From Candidatus Omnitrophota bacterium (GTDB lineage Bacteria; Omnitrophota; Gorgyraeia; Zapsychrales; JANLHA01): a DNA stretch of 64,000 nucleotides. Position numbers and translations under genes: made by a program. The notes beneath the pieces were generated by a model that saw nothing but the letters and a program-made list of their open reading frames with translations, made no database searches and was not told the DNA's origin. Below, piece by piece: positions 39,955 through 49,895 of this stretch. Numbering within the stretch: position 1 is the first letter of the stretch; each line of letters opens with the position of its first letter. The stretch lies in NCBI GenBank assembly GCA_029560465.1, contig JAKQKX010000063.1:67796-131795 (forward strand), in the 5' to 3' direction.

Positions 39955-41526
39955 ATGGCCGTTCAAAAACCACAGAGAGAAACCTGGTCTTCTAAAATAG
40001 GCATTATTCTGGCTGTTGCCGGGTCAGCGGTCGGACTAGGGAATTTCTTGCGTTTCCCGGCCAAAGCCGTGGCTAACGGCGGCGGCGCTTTCATGATCCC
40101 GTACTTTGTTTCGCTGCTGTTGATCGGGATCCCTCTTATGTGGATCGAATGGACTTTAGGCCGGTTCGGGGGCGGGTTCGGGCACGGAACGGCCCCGGGC
40201 ATTTTCCATAGCATTGCCAGGAAAAACCGCTTCATCAAATATTTCGGCGTTATCGGCATTTTTGGCCCGCTCGTCATTTTCATGTATTATCTTTATATTG
40301 AGTCGTGGTCTTTGGCCTACAGTTTTTTTGCCATAACCGGCAAGTTAAGCCAGGCCACTGATCAGATCCAAATGCGGGGATTCCTTCAGGGCTTTCAGGG
40401 GCTAACCTCAAACCAGTTCTTTTCAAGCCTTGCCCCGGCCTACACGTTTTTTTTAATTACTTTTGTTTTGAATATTTTTGTCATTTATCACGGGATTAAA
40501 GGCGGGATAGAACGGCTTTGTAAATGGGCCATGCCGTCATTATTTTTATGCGGATTGGTGCTGATGATCAGGGTCATGACCCTGGGGGCTCCTGATCCCA
40601 GCCGGCCGGATTGGAACGTTTTGAACGGGTTTGGGTTCCTGTGGAATCCTGACTTAAGCGCGCTTAAATCCGCCCAGGTCTGGCTGGAGGCGGCCGGACA
40701 GATCCTGTTCACCTTGAGCGTCGGGATCGGGGTTATCCTCACGTATGCGAGTTATTTATCGAAGACGGATGACATTGTTTTATCCGGTCTTACAGCGGCC
40801 AGCATGAACGAAATCGCGGAGATCATCATCGGCGGGAGCATAGTCGTGCCCGCCGCTTTTGTGTTTTTCGGGCCGGTGGATATCCGCGCCGTGGCGGATT
40901 CCGGCGTGTTTAACCTGAGCTATGTCACCATGCCGCTTATTTTACAGCACCTGCCTTTAGCGGACATCCTGAGTTTCCTCTGGTTTTTGCTGCTGTTCAT
41001 CGCAGGCATCACCTCTTCAGTTTCCTTGGCGCAACCGGTGATCGCTTTCATGGAAGATGAATTTAACCTTTCCAGGAGGAAGACGGTCGCGATTTTTGCC
41101 GTCGCAACTTTTATTTTATGCCAGCCTGCCGTGCTGTTTCTTGGGAGAGGGGTTGTGGATGAACTGGATTTCTGGGGAGGCACGTTTTTCCTGGTTATCT
41201 TCGCGACGATCGAAGCCATCTTGTTCAGCTGGGTTTTGGGCATGGAAGCCGCTTGGGACGAGATCCATTTAGGGTCGGAGATGGCGGTCCCCCGCGTTTA
41301 TAAATTTATTATAAAGTATGTGACCCCCCTGTTTCTATTAGTTATTCTCGGGACGTGGTTTTTTCAGAAATGGCTCCCGGTTATCTTGATGGAAGACGTG
41401 GCTCCAGAGAATAAAATTTATATTTTGGCAACAAGAGTGGGGTTGTTCCTGATTTTTTCTATGATCGCCCTCATGGTGAAGGTGGCATGGAGAAGAAAAA
41501 GGCAAACAGCGGGGGGGGCGCAATGA
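39955..41526 (+). CDS. NSS/SNF family Na+-dependent amino-acid transporter (LeuT-like)
   Basis: RETW..GSAVGLGNFLRFP..NGGGAFMIPY, AAGQILFTLSVG, AGITSS. Confidence 0.93.
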   Translation: MAVQKPQRETWSSKIGIILAVAGSAVGLGNFLRFPAKAVANGGGAFMIPYFVSLLLIGIPLMWIEWTLGRFGGGFGHGTAPGIFHSIARKNRFIKYFGVIGIFGPLVIFMYYLYIESWSLAYSFFAITGKLSQATDQIQMRGFLQGFQGLTSNQFFSSLAPAYTFFLITFVLNIFVIYHGIKGGIERLCKWAMPSLFLCGLVLMIRVMTLGAPDPSRPDWNVLNGFGFLWNPDLSALKSAQVWLEAAGQILFTLSVGIGVILTYASYLSKTDDIVLSGLTAASMNEIAEIIIGGSIVVPAAFVFFGPVDIRAVADSGVFNLSYVTMPLILQHLPLADILSFLWFLLLFIAGITSSVSLAQPVIAFMEDEFNLSRRKTVAIFAVATFILCQPAVLFLGRGVVDELDFWGGTFFLVIFATIEAILFSWVLGMEAAWDEIHLGSEMAVPRVYKFIIKYVTPLFLLVILGTWFFQKWLPVILMEDVAPENKIYILATRVGLFLIFSMIALMVKVAWRRKRQTAGGAQ

Positions 41527-41630
41527 CCTTTGGCGGGTGGTTTTCCTTGATCCTTTCCTGGACCGGGATATTGACCCTGGCCGGGTTCTGCTTTTTTTGT
41601 GTTTTCAGGAAGGATTCCGGGCTTGATTGA
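41523..41630 (+). CDS. MetS-like small single-TM subunit of the NSS transporter (35 aa)
   Basis: ATGA overlap with the NSS stop codon; MTFGGWFSLILSWTGILTLAGFCFFCVFRKDSGLD*. Confidence 0.7.
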   Translation: MTFGGWFSLILSWTGILTLAGFCFFCVFRKDSGLD

Positions 41631-41885
41631 TTCATGGCGCGGGATGGTCCCCCGCCGGATGTCCGCTTGTTTTAGGCCCTTGGCCCATTTAAAATCCTAG
41701 AAATATTCCTGCCTATTCTCGATGGATGTGTTTTTTGGGTATTAGAGATGGACTATTTTTATTAATAATATTAGAATACAAATAGCTTTATAATTGCCAG
41801 AGATTTAAACGGGAGGGCGAAGATTGACAAAAAAGATATCCTGTGATAAATTGGCGCAGTATTTAACTCTTTACAAGAAGAAAAT

Positions 41886-42845
41886 ATGATAAAAAAAATT
41901 TTTTTCCCCGCGTTTTTCCTTCTAACATGGTTGGCGTTTCCTGTTCCTTCCGAAGCGTTGTGGGTGTGGACCCCGCAGACGAATAAGTGGGAAAACCCCA
42001 AACTGACGGTGAAGGGCACTCCGGCTGAACAGCTTGAATTTTCCATCGAATTGTACCATGCCAAACAATTTGAGAAAGCCGTAGCCGAGTTGAAAAAACT
42101 CATTAAATATTATCCCCGCGCCCGGGAAGCGGCCGAGGCGCAGTTTTATCTTGGAGTCATAGAAGAGGAAGAGGGCAATTATTCAAAAGCGTTTAAAAAT
42201 TATCAAACGGTGGTGGATAAATATCCCTTTTCCGAGCGTTTCGGCGAAATCATTCAGCGGCAGTATAACATTGGTGTAAAATTGCTTGAAGGAAAAGCGA
42301 AAAAACGTTTTTTTCAGGGGGGGATGGGAACGGAAGCATTGGTTGTGGACATTTTCCGGACAGTCATTAAGAATTCGCCTTACGGCCCTTATGCCGCTCC
42401 GTCACAGTATAATATAGCGTTGTATTTGCAGGGGGAAGGCCTTTTGCCGGAGGCCAGGGACGAGTTCGAGAAAACCCTCAACGATTATCCGGAAAGCGCG
42501 TGGGCCCAAAAAGCCCGGTACCAGATTGCGCTAGCCGACGCGAAGAGGTCTTCAGCCCCGCCGTATGAACAGAAGGTCACCCAGGTCGCTATTCAGGAAT
42601 TGGAGGGCGTCCTGAAAGACTCTTCTGACGCGGCGCTCTCCAAGGAAGCGAATGAGCAGATTAAAGCTTTGAAGGATAAAGAGGCCCAGCAGAATTTCCT
42701 GATCGCGGAGTTTTACGAAAAAAGGAAAGAATACCGGGCCGCTAAAATTTATTACGGTAAGATTGTAGAAAATTACAAGGATACCACGTGGGCTTCCAGG
42801 GCGTTGAGTAAAATTAGAGGCCTGAACGATTTCGAGCAGCCATGA
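41886..42845 (+). CDS. bamD: Outer membrane protein assembly factor BamD-like TPR protein
   Basis: TPR array, YEQKVTQVAIQEL, IAEFYEKRKEYRAAKIYY..IVENYKDT; precedes lptE. Promoter TTGACA-N17-TAAATT at 41824-41852. Confidence 0.78.
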   Translation: MIKKIFFPAFFLLTWLAFPVPSEALWVWTPQTNKWENPKLTVKGTPAEQLEFSIELYHAKQFEKAVAELKKLIKYYPRAREAAEAQFYLGVIEEEEGNYSKAFKNYQTVVDKYPFSERFGEIIQRQYNIGVKLLEGKAKKRFFQGGMGTEALVVDIFRTVIKNSPYGPYAAPSQYNIALYLQGEGLLPEARDEFEKTLNDYPESAWAQKARYQIALADAKRSSAPPYEQKVTQVAIQELEGVLKDSSDAALSKEANEQIKALKDKEAQQNFLIAEFYEKRKEYRAAKIYYGKIVENYKDTTWASRALSKIRGLNDFEQP

Positions 42846-43378
42846 AATTATTTTTAAGTTTCCGTTTTTGGTTTATAACCGCGGTTTTGTTTGGAATGGC
42901 CGGGTGCGGCTACACGACGCAGTCCGCGCTGCCAGCCCGTTTAAAAACGATTTTTGTCGAACCGTTCATTAACAGTATTGACTACACGGCTGACGGCGAC
43001 CGGCAGATCTATTTCCCTCTCCTGGAAGTCAAGGTGCGCAACGCCGTTATCGATCGTTTTTTATTTGACGGGAATCTTCGGGTAACGGAGAAAGACCAGG
43101 CCGACCTTGTTTTAAGCGGGGAACTGGTCCGTTACGAGCGGTACGCTCTCCGTTATACTGATAATGATGATGTCCAAGAATACCGGGTGCATGTGATTGT
43201 TAATTTGGTCATGAAAGACCGCCGGCATAATGAAGTGCTTTGGGAAGAATCCGGGTTCGCCGGGGAAGCGACATATTTTGTTTCCGGGGCCTTGGCGACA
43301 ACGGAAAGCTCGGCTCTGGAGGAGGCGACGGTGGATTTGGCTAGGCGGGTTGTTGAACGGACGATTGAAAATTGGTAA
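42842..43378 (+). CDS. lptE: LptE-family LPS assembly lipoprotein
   Basis: Lipobox MAGC-GY, IFVEPFIN, ADLVLSGEL, upstream of holA. Confidence 0.8.
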   Translation: MKLFLSFRFWFITAVLFGMAGCGYTTQSALPARLKTIFVEPFINSIDYTADGDRQIYFPLLEVKVRNAVIDRFLFDGNLRVTEKDQADLVLSGELVRYERYALRYTDNDDVQEYRVHVIVNLVMKDRRHNEVLWEESGFAGEATYFVSGALATTESSALEEATVDLARRVVERTIENW

Positions 43379-43447
43379 GGAGGCGCGCCCGAGAGAGGGA
43401 GCTTTGCCGTCGATATTTTACCTGTGCCGGGCATCAGAGAGAGACCC

Positions 43448-44113
43448 ATGAGCGAAGCGATCATCATGATTCTGGGGGACGACCCCAGTCCGAAGGAAAA
43501 GAAGCTGGCCGCCTTGAAAGAGCAATGCCTGACATCAGCTGACGCGTTAAAATTGGACTATGATAGTTTGGACGCTTACAAGTTGTCTCCCCGGGTGTTG
43601 CAGGAAACCCTTCTGGCTTTGCCGGCTGTGGCTGGCCGGCGGTTGGTGATCGTCAGGAATTGCCAGCATTTGACCAAGCCGGTGAAAGATGTTTTGGCCG
43701 CGTATGCCGCCGCTCCTTTCGAGCATTTGATGCTGGTTCTGGAAGCCGCCCGGATTCCCGCATCAGACCCTTTCGTCAAGAAATTCCATAAGAAAGCGGA
43801 AATCTTTGATTTTTCCAAAGGCGGGAAACAGAATGTTTTTGATATGACCAAGGCCATCTCGGCCCGGCAGACGGCTGAGGCGCTGCGAATTCTTTCGGAA
43901 TTGTTAAAGGAAGGGGATCAGCCGCTGCAGATTATGGGGGCGCTGGTATGGTTTTGGCGTGAAATACAGAATCGTTTATCCCAGGCCCGCTATGTAAAAG
44001 GGTTACAGTTTTTGCAGGAAGCGGATTTGAATATTAAACGCAGTCGTTTATATCCGGATTATGCGTTGGAATTGGTCGTCGTGCAACTGACCGGCCTTTT
44101 GGCACATGGATAA
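43448..44113 (+). CDS. holA: DNA polymerase III delta subunit (short form)
   Basis: LPAVAGRRLVIV, VFDMTKAI, ADLNIK; conserved lptE-holA-rpsT context. Confidence 0.78.
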   Translation: MSEAIIMILGDDPSPKEKKLAALKEQCLTSADALKLDYDSLDAYKLSPRVLQETLLALPAVAGRRLVIVRNCQHLTKPVKDVLAAYAAAPFEHLMLVLEAARIPASDPFVKKFHKKAEIFDFSKGGKQNVFDMTKAISARQTAEALRILSELLKEGDQPLQIMGALVWFWREIQNRLSQARYVKGLQFLQEADLNIKRSRLYPDYALELVVVQLTGLLAHG

Positions 44114-44141
44114 AGCGGAATAATATCAGGACAGCGGAGCT

Positions 44142-44417
44142 TTACGAGGCGATTTTATTGGCCATCGTGCTGAAACGGGATTTACGCCGTGCGACGGTAT
44201 TCTTATGGATAAGGTTGCGTTTGGCGGCCTTATCCAGTTTTTTGTAAACTGATTTTAACTGAGTTGTGGCTTCGGTTTTGTTGTTGCTGGTGACCGAAAC
44301 GAGAAATTTCTTAATCGTTTTCTTCAATTCAGTTTTAACATCAAGATTACGCATCCGATTTTTATGATTTTTTCGCAGTTCTTTAATACCTGATCTTCTT
44401 TGTGGCAACTTACTCAC
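44142..44417 (-). CDS. rpsT: 30S ribosomal protein S20
   Basis: LDKAAKRNLIHKNTVARRKSR. Confidence 0.95.
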   Translation of the reverse strand: MSKLPQRRSGIKELRKNHKNRMRNLDVKTELKKTIKKFLVSVTSNNKTEATTQLKSVYKKLDKAAKRNLIHKNTVARRKSRFSTMANKIAS

Positions 44418-44459
44418 TCCTTTCTTTTGAATTTTATACTATAGCAGAGAGGCTTTTGA

Positions 44460-46052
44460 ATGTCAAATGATAATTCCGGACAACCTGATTCTCACGGGTC
44501 CCTCATCAAATCCACATCTATTATTTCAGTTGGAACGTTAGCGTCTCGGGTGCTTGGGTTTGTCCGGGATGTGATTTTAGCCAGATTTTTCGGCACGGGA
44601 TTTCAGGCCGACGCGTTTTTTGTGGCTTTTAAAATCCCAAACCTTTTTCGTGATTTTGTGGGTGAAGGTGCGGCTAATGCCGCTGTGGTCCCGGTGTTTT
44701 CAGAATATCTTATCCAGAAAAACCGCGAGGAATTCTGGCATTTTGTGAGCGTCATTCTGGCTTTGGCCCTGATTTCATTAACTTCGTTGACTTTGTTGGG
44801 CATCCTCCTGGCGCCGCATATTGTGCGGCTCCTCGCCCCCGGGTTTATGGCCCATCCGGAAAAATTGGCTCTCACGATTCATCTCACCAAGATCATGTTC
44901 CCGTACCTCATTTTAATCGGGTTAACCGCTTATTCCATGGCCGTTCTTTACGCCTTCCGTTCGTTCGCCGTCCCGGCGTTTAGCCCCTGCCTGCTCAACA
45001 TCGCAATCATTATAAGCGCGCTTTTATCCTCCCGTTTCTTGACGGAACCTGTGTATGGCCTGGCCGCCGGGGTTTTGATCGGAGGTCTTCTGCAACTGGT
45101 GATGCAGATCCGGCCGATGTTAAAAACTGGTATCAAAATTTATAAGCCGTTGCCGTTGAACCACCCCGCCGCGATCCGGGTGGGGCACCTGCTCTTACCG
45201 CGGGTGATCGGAGCCGGCGTGTATCAGTTGAATATTTTTATCGACACATTTTGTGCGTCCCTTTCCACAATCGTTGGGGCGGGCGGGATATCCGCCATCT
45301 ATTATTCGAACCGGATTATCCAGTTCCCGATGGGGATTTTTGGCTTCGCGCTCGCTTCAGCCATGCTGCCCACGCTGTCCAGCCTGGCCACCCAGAACAA
45401 TCTGGCACAGCTTAAAAAAACCCTGGTTTTTATCCTGGAGAACATCTTTTTTGTTATGGTCCCTTTTAGCGTTGTCCTGATGCTGCTGGCCAACCCGATT
45501 ATCCGGATTTTGTTTCAGCGCGGCGAGTTCAACCAGTATTCGACAACGATCACATCCTGGGCACTGTTGTTTTATGCGATCGGGCTGTTCAGTTTTGGGG
45601 GGATCAAGATTCTGGTCACCGCTTTTTACGCCCTGCAGGATACGAAAACTCCTGTAAAAATCGCTGCGGTTTGCTTGGTGATTAACGCGGCCTTGAACAT
45701 CGTGCTGATGATCCCGTTAAAAGTGGGAGGCATCGCTTTAGCCAGTTCCGTCTCGGCCTCGATTGATTTTATCTGGCTTTTTTATTGTTTGAATAAACGG
45801 TTGGGGGGGCTTAACGGCGGGTTTAGAATTTTTATCGTCAAGGTGCTGGCGGCCGGTGTTGTCGCCGGAGGAGCGGTTATCCGGATATGGAACACCGCGT
45901 GCATCCCGAACGAAATGATACGGCTTTCTTTGGCGATAGTCCTGGGGTTCATGTTTTACGGGGTGTTGTGCTTTATATTAAGGATCGAACAAGCCCGGAA
46001 TATTTACCGCTGGTTGCAGAATTTCGGGATGAAAAGCCGGATGAAAACATAA
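44460..46052 (+). CDS. murJ: Lipid II flippase MurJ
   Basis: SRVLGFVRD, DAFFVAFKIPNLFRDFVGEGA, RIIQFPMG, FYALQDTKTP. Confidence 0.96.
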   Translation: MSNDNSGQPDSHGSLIKSTSIISVGTLASRVLGFVRDVILARFFGTGFQADAFFVAFKIPNLFRDFVGEGAANAAVVPVFSEYLIQKNREEFWHFVSVILALALISLTSLTLLGILLAPHIVRLLAPGFMAHPEKLALTIHLTKIMFPYLILIGLTAYSMAVLYAFRSFAVPAFSPCLLNIAIIISALLSSRFLTEPVYGLAAGVLIGGLLQLVMQIRPMLKTGIKIYKPLPLNHPAAIRVGHLLLPRVIGAGVYQLNIFIDTFCASLSTIVGAGGISAIYYSNRIIQFPMGIFGFALASAMLPTLSSLATQNNLAQLKKTLVFILENIFFVMVPFSVVLMLLANPIIRILFQRGEFNQYSTTITSWALLFYAIGLFSFGGIKILVTAFYALQDTKTPVKIAAVCLVINAALNIVLMIPLKVGGIALASSVSASIDFIWLFYCLNKRLGGLNGGFRIFIVKVLAAGVVAGGAVIRIWNTACIPNEMIRLSLAIVLGFMFYGVLCFILRIEQARNIYRWLQNFGMKSRMKT

Positions 46053-46104
46053 TGAACTGCGGCCGAATTTATCCTGTTCTCTTTCCGGGTTCCCGGGGTT
46101 TGTC

Positions 46105-47346
46105 ATGGACTTAAAAGAAAAAGTCAAGAATTTGCCTTTGACAAGCGGTGTTTATTTGATGAAAAACAGCGCCGGGGAGGTCATCTATGTGGGCAAGGCG
46201 GTGAGCCTTAGGAAGCGGGTGCAGTCGTATTTCCGGAAAAAACATGTGATCTCCAAAGTGGATTCCCTGGTGGGGGAGATCTCTGACATCGACTGGCTCA
46301 CGACACAGTCCGAAGCGGAAGCGCTTATTTTGGAAGCCAGCTTGATCAAGAATTTCCAGCCCAAGTATAATGTGGACCTGCGTGACGACAAGACCTATCC
46401 GCTCATTGAGGTGACCGGAGACCCGTTCCCGGGAATTTTTGTGGTGAGGCCGCGGATCATGAATCCGGCGTCACGTTATTACGGCCCGTACGTAAGCCCC
46501 AAATTGATCCGTGAAGCGCTGACTTTTATCCGACGGATCTTTCATTTCCGGACTTGCGACCCGTTCCCGGACAAACCGTGCCTGGATTATCATCTTGGCC
46601 TGTGCGCCGCGCCCTGTTGCGGAAAGATCAGCCGCCGGGATTATGCGGCCGTTATTCGTCATGTCTGCCAGATTTTGGAAGGAGAGAAGAACGAACTGTT
46701 CCGTGACCTTGAGCGGGAGATGGAGGGCCTTTCTCAAACCCGCCGTTTTGAGCAGGCCGCGAAAGTGCGCGACCAGGTATACGCTTTGGGCGCACTGTAC
46801 TCCGGGACCAAGGAACTGAATTTTTATAAAGAGGCAGAGCAGCTCCAGCGCGCCCTGGGACTGCCGCGCCGGCCGGACCGGATTGAAGCGTTTGATATTT
46901 CCAATATCATGGGCCACCATAGCGTTGGGTCTATGGTGTCGTTTCTAAACGGGAAGGCGGATAAAAGCAATTACCGGCGGTTCCGAATTAAAGAGGTGAA
47001 GGGAATTGATGACTTCAGGATGATGGCCGAGGTGGTTCGCCGGCGTTACGCGCGGCTTAAAGCGGAACAAAGGCTTTTCCCGGACTTAATCTTGATCGAC
47101 GGCGGCAAAGGTCAGCTTTCGGCGGCCCAGCAAGAGCTGGTCGCCTTGGAGCTGGATATCCCGATGGTATCTTTGGCCAAAAGGGAAGAAGAAATATTCT
47201 TGCCGGGCCGGAGAAAAGCTGTTATTCTTTCCAAAGATTCTTTAGGGCTGATGCTTCTGCAGAGGATTCGCGATGAGGCGCACCGGTTCGCGGTTGCGTA
47301 TCACCGGAAGGTGCGAGGGAAGAGTGTTTTTTTAAGAAAGCAGTAA
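46105..47346 (+). CDS. uvrC: Excinuclease ABC subunit C, compact form lacking the C-terminal HhH domain
   Basis: GVY..YVGKA GIY-YIG, 4-Cys cluster, UVR (FEQAAKVRD), RIEAFDISN, IDGGKGQL, RDEAHRFA. Confidence 0.9.
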   Translation: MDLKEKVKNLPLTSGVYLMKNSAGEVIYVGKAVSLRKRVQSYFRKKHVISKVDSLVGEISDIDWLTTQSEAEALILEASLIKNFQPKYNVDLRDDKTYPLIEVTGDPFPGIFVVRPRIMNPASRYYGPYVSPKLIREALTFIRRIFHFRTCDPFPDKPCLDYHLGLCAAPCCGKISRRDYAAVIRHVCQILEGEKNELFRDLEREMEGLSQTRRFEQAAKVRDQVYALGALYSGTKELNFYKEAEQLQRALGLPRRPDRIEAFDISNIMGHHSVGSMVSFLNGKADKSNYRRFRIKEVKGIDDFRMMAEVVRRRYARLKAEQRLFPDLILIDGGKGQLSAAQQELVALELDIPMVSLAKREEEIFLPGRRKAVILSKDSLGLMLLQRIRDEAHRFAVAYHRKVRGKSVFLRKQ

Positions 47347-47399
47347 GTTGGAATTTGGGACGGGATGATTTTGGGTTTCCGGGACGCGGGGGCATAAGG

Positions 47400-47726
47400 G
47401 TGAGTGGGAAATTTTCAAAAGGCCTCACGGATTTTGAGTGGGCGGTTTTAAAAGCGACACTGGAAATCCCATTGGGGGAGACCCGGTCGTACAAATGGGT
47501 CGCGGAGAGAATCGGCCGGCCGCAGGCGGCGCGGGCGGTGGGGCAGGCTTTACGAAAGAATCCGTACCCGATTATTATTCCCTGCCACCGGGTTATCAAG
47601 GCCAACGGGGATCCGGGCGGTTACGGCGGCAAACAAGACCCGCGGAAAGCGCGTCTGCTAGCGCAAGAAAGGGATATCGCCGCGAGGATACGGCTCCTCG
47701 GGGCAAGGGGAGGGGGTGGCGCCTGA
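47400..47726 (+). CDS. Single-domain O6-methylguanine-DNA methyltransferase (MGMT/Ogt family)
   Basis: IPLGETRSY, ARAVGQAL..NP..IPCHRVI with active-site Cys. Confidence 0.85.
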   Translation: MSGKFSKGLTDFEWAVLKATLEIPLGETRSYKWVAERIGRPQAARAVGQALRKNPYPIIIPCHRVIKANGDPGGYGGKQDPRKARLLAQERDIAARIRLLGARGGGGA

Positions 47727-47853
47727 AGGGCGGGATGAAAGAACGTTTAATTGTTCCCAGGGCGCTTGTCCGGATGTACAATAGGAACATATAATATTTT
47801 TTGGGATGGAAAGAATCCGTTTGGGGGATCATTAAAAAGAAAGAGGTTAGCTC

Positions 47854-48933
47854 ATGGATATTAAACAACTGTTCAGGATCATGATTGACAAAAAGGCATC
47901 GGATTTATTCGTGAGCGCGAAATCCCTGCCGCGGGCCAGAATCAACGGGGTCGTTAAGATTATTTCTGAAGAGATGATCAGCGAGGAGCAAATGGACCAG
48001 ATCGCCGCGACGGTGTTGAATAATGAAGAGCGGAAAAAGTTGTTCCATTTTAACAAAGATATTGATTTTATCTATAACGAACCGGAGGTGGGGCGGTTCC
48101 GCATTAACCTTTCCATCGAGCGGGGGCACCCGGCGGTGGTGGCCCGCCATATTAAGACGAGCGTGGAGTCTTTTGAATACCTCAAACTGCCGGTTGACCT
48201 GCTGAAGACGTTTTGCGAGGAATCTTCTGGGCTGGTGATCCTTTCGGGCCCGGCGGGCAGCGGAAAGTCCACGACCATCGCCAGCATGATCGATTATATC
48301 AACAATAACAGCGAGAAGCATATCGTAACGATCGAGGACCCCATCGAGTTTATTTTCGCGGATAAAAAGAGCATGATTAACCAGCGTGAACTCGGAACGG
48401 ACGTCCATTCCTACCCGGCGGCCCTGAAACACGTCACGCAGCAGAGCGCGGATATTATTTATATCGGCACGATACGCGACGTCGACACCATGCGCGCGGC
48501 CATCACCGCAACCGAGCTGGGGAGTTTTGTCCTGACCACCTTTCACACGGTCAACGCGGTCCAGGCCATCACCCGCATCGTCAATTTTTTCCCCCCGTAC
48601 CTGCACGAAGAATTGCGCATGCAGTTGGCCATTATTTTAAAAGGCGTGATCTCCCTGCGGCTGATCCCCTTAAAAGACGGGTCGGGCCGGGTGCCGGCGT
48701 ACGAAACCATGGTCGTCACCCCGACCATCTCCCGCCTGATCCGGGAAGGGAAGATTAATGAAATTCAGAAATTTATCGATGAAGGCGAATTATACGGGAT
48801 GCAGTCGTTTAAGAAATCCCTCGTGCACCTGGTTAAAGAGGAATATGTTGACGAAGAGGACGCCCGCCGTTTCGCCGACAGCAAAGACGAATTTAACCTG
48901 GAGCTGAAGGGGTTGAAACGGTACCATAAATAA
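47854..48933 (+). CDS. PilT/PilU-family type IV pilus ATPase paralogue with degenerate catalytic motifs
   Basis: ASDL, GRFRIN, GPAGSGKST, TIEDPIE, NQRE, LIREGK; Walker B reads IYIGT instead of GE. Confidence 0.88.
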   Translation: MDIKQLFRIMIDKKASDLFVSAKSLPRARINGVVKIISEEMISEEQMDQIAATVLNNEERKKLFHFNKDIDFIYNEPEVGRFRINLSIERGHPAVVARHIKTSVESFEYLKLPVDLLKTFCEESSGLVILSGPAGSGKSTTIASMIDYINNNSEKHIVTIEDPIEFIFADKKSMINQRELGTDVHSYPAALKHVTQQSADIIYIGTIRDVDTMRAAITATELGSFVLTTFHTVNAVQAITRIVNFFPPYLHEELRMQLAIILKGVISLRLIPLKDGSGRVPAYETMVVTPTISRLIREGKINEIQKFIDEGELYGMQSFKKSLVHLVKEEYVDEEDARRFADSKDEFNLELKGLKRYHK

Positions 48934-49384
48934 AACGGCAGGCCATGATTATCAGGCATCTGGCAACCCATCCGGGGCTTTGATGTTGCGCGTTTGCCAG
49001 TAAGCGACACGTTGAATTTTAAAACTTTTCTTCCCACAGGCAGGGACTCCTCCCAGGCCTTCTTGAAATCTTTTGCTATACGCGACAGCCGCATTGTCCA
49101 CAAGAGAAATCCGCTATCAGAGCACATCCAACATCTTTGAACGCAAGCAGGATTGGTTCGCCTGGCCAGGAAATTTTTCAATTATACATTTATTGAGAAT
49201 TTTAATCGTGTTATAGTACGCAGAGTATTTGCTTGTTATTATTGAACTTACCTAAAGGGGCCCTTTTCCGTTTGGGTCATGGCTTGGGTGGCTACCCCAT
49301 GAAGTTTTGCATGAGAAAGGATTCAAGAGAAATGGAACGATGGTCGCGCCCTGGCGGGATACGGCAAAGGGTGCAGGAGGTGTT

Positions 49385-49894
49385 ATGATTCGAAGAAGTT
49401 GTGGTGTCGTGTTCGTTTTGTTTTTCTTGACCGCTATAATAATGACACGCGCATACGCCATCCAAGCTGATGATTTGAAGGTGGCGTTTTTATACAATTT
49501 TGCTAAATATGTTGAATGGCCTGTCAATACCCCCGAGGGGACGATAAGTATATGCACGTATGGTTCGCCTCCCGGCGCTTTGAAAACCATTGAGCAAAAG
49601 AATGTTAAAGGCAAAACGGTCCAAACAAAATATTTAAGCGATGCCGGGGCGGCGACGAGTTGTCAGATCGTGTTTGTCAGATCAGGCCCCCAAGCCGCCA
49701 GGATTCTTGCTGCGGTGAAGGGGGCGAGTGTTTTAACCGTTGGGGAAGAGGAAGGGTTCCTTGATAACGGAGGAATTATTAATTTTAAGCTAACGGGGGA
49801 AAAAATCGGGTTTGATATTAACGCGACTTTGGCGCGTGCTAACGGATTAACGATCAGTTCGCAACTTCTTAAATTGGCGGATGAGGTCAGATAA
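49385..49894 (+). CDS. YfiR (DUF4154) family periplasmic protein
   Basis: LKVAFLYNFAKYVEWP, CQIVFV, VLTVGE, GGIINF, FDIN..A...GLTISSQLLKLA. Confidence 0.9.
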   Translation: MIRRSCGVVFVLFFLTAIIMTRAYAIQADDLKVAFLYNFAKYVEWPVNTPEGTISICTYGSPPGALKTIEQKNVKGKTVQTKYLSDAGAATSCQIVFVRSGPQAARILAAVKGASVLTVGEEEGFLDNGGIINFKLTGEKIGFDINATLARANGLTISSQLLKLADEVR

Positions 49895-49895
49895 A

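Noticed and set aside
48955-49005. Minus-strand GGCAAAC...CAAAGCCCCGG...GGGTTGCC, reminiscent of a c-di-GMP-I riboswitch
   Set aside because: The P2 GNRA hairpin and P3 receptor are missing, it is far too short, and it points antisense into pilT. A plain hairpin explains it.
48765-49181. 138-aa minus-strand ORF between pilT and yfiR
   Set aside because: It overlaps pilT by about 170 nt, has a TTG start with no RBS, and shows no motifs.
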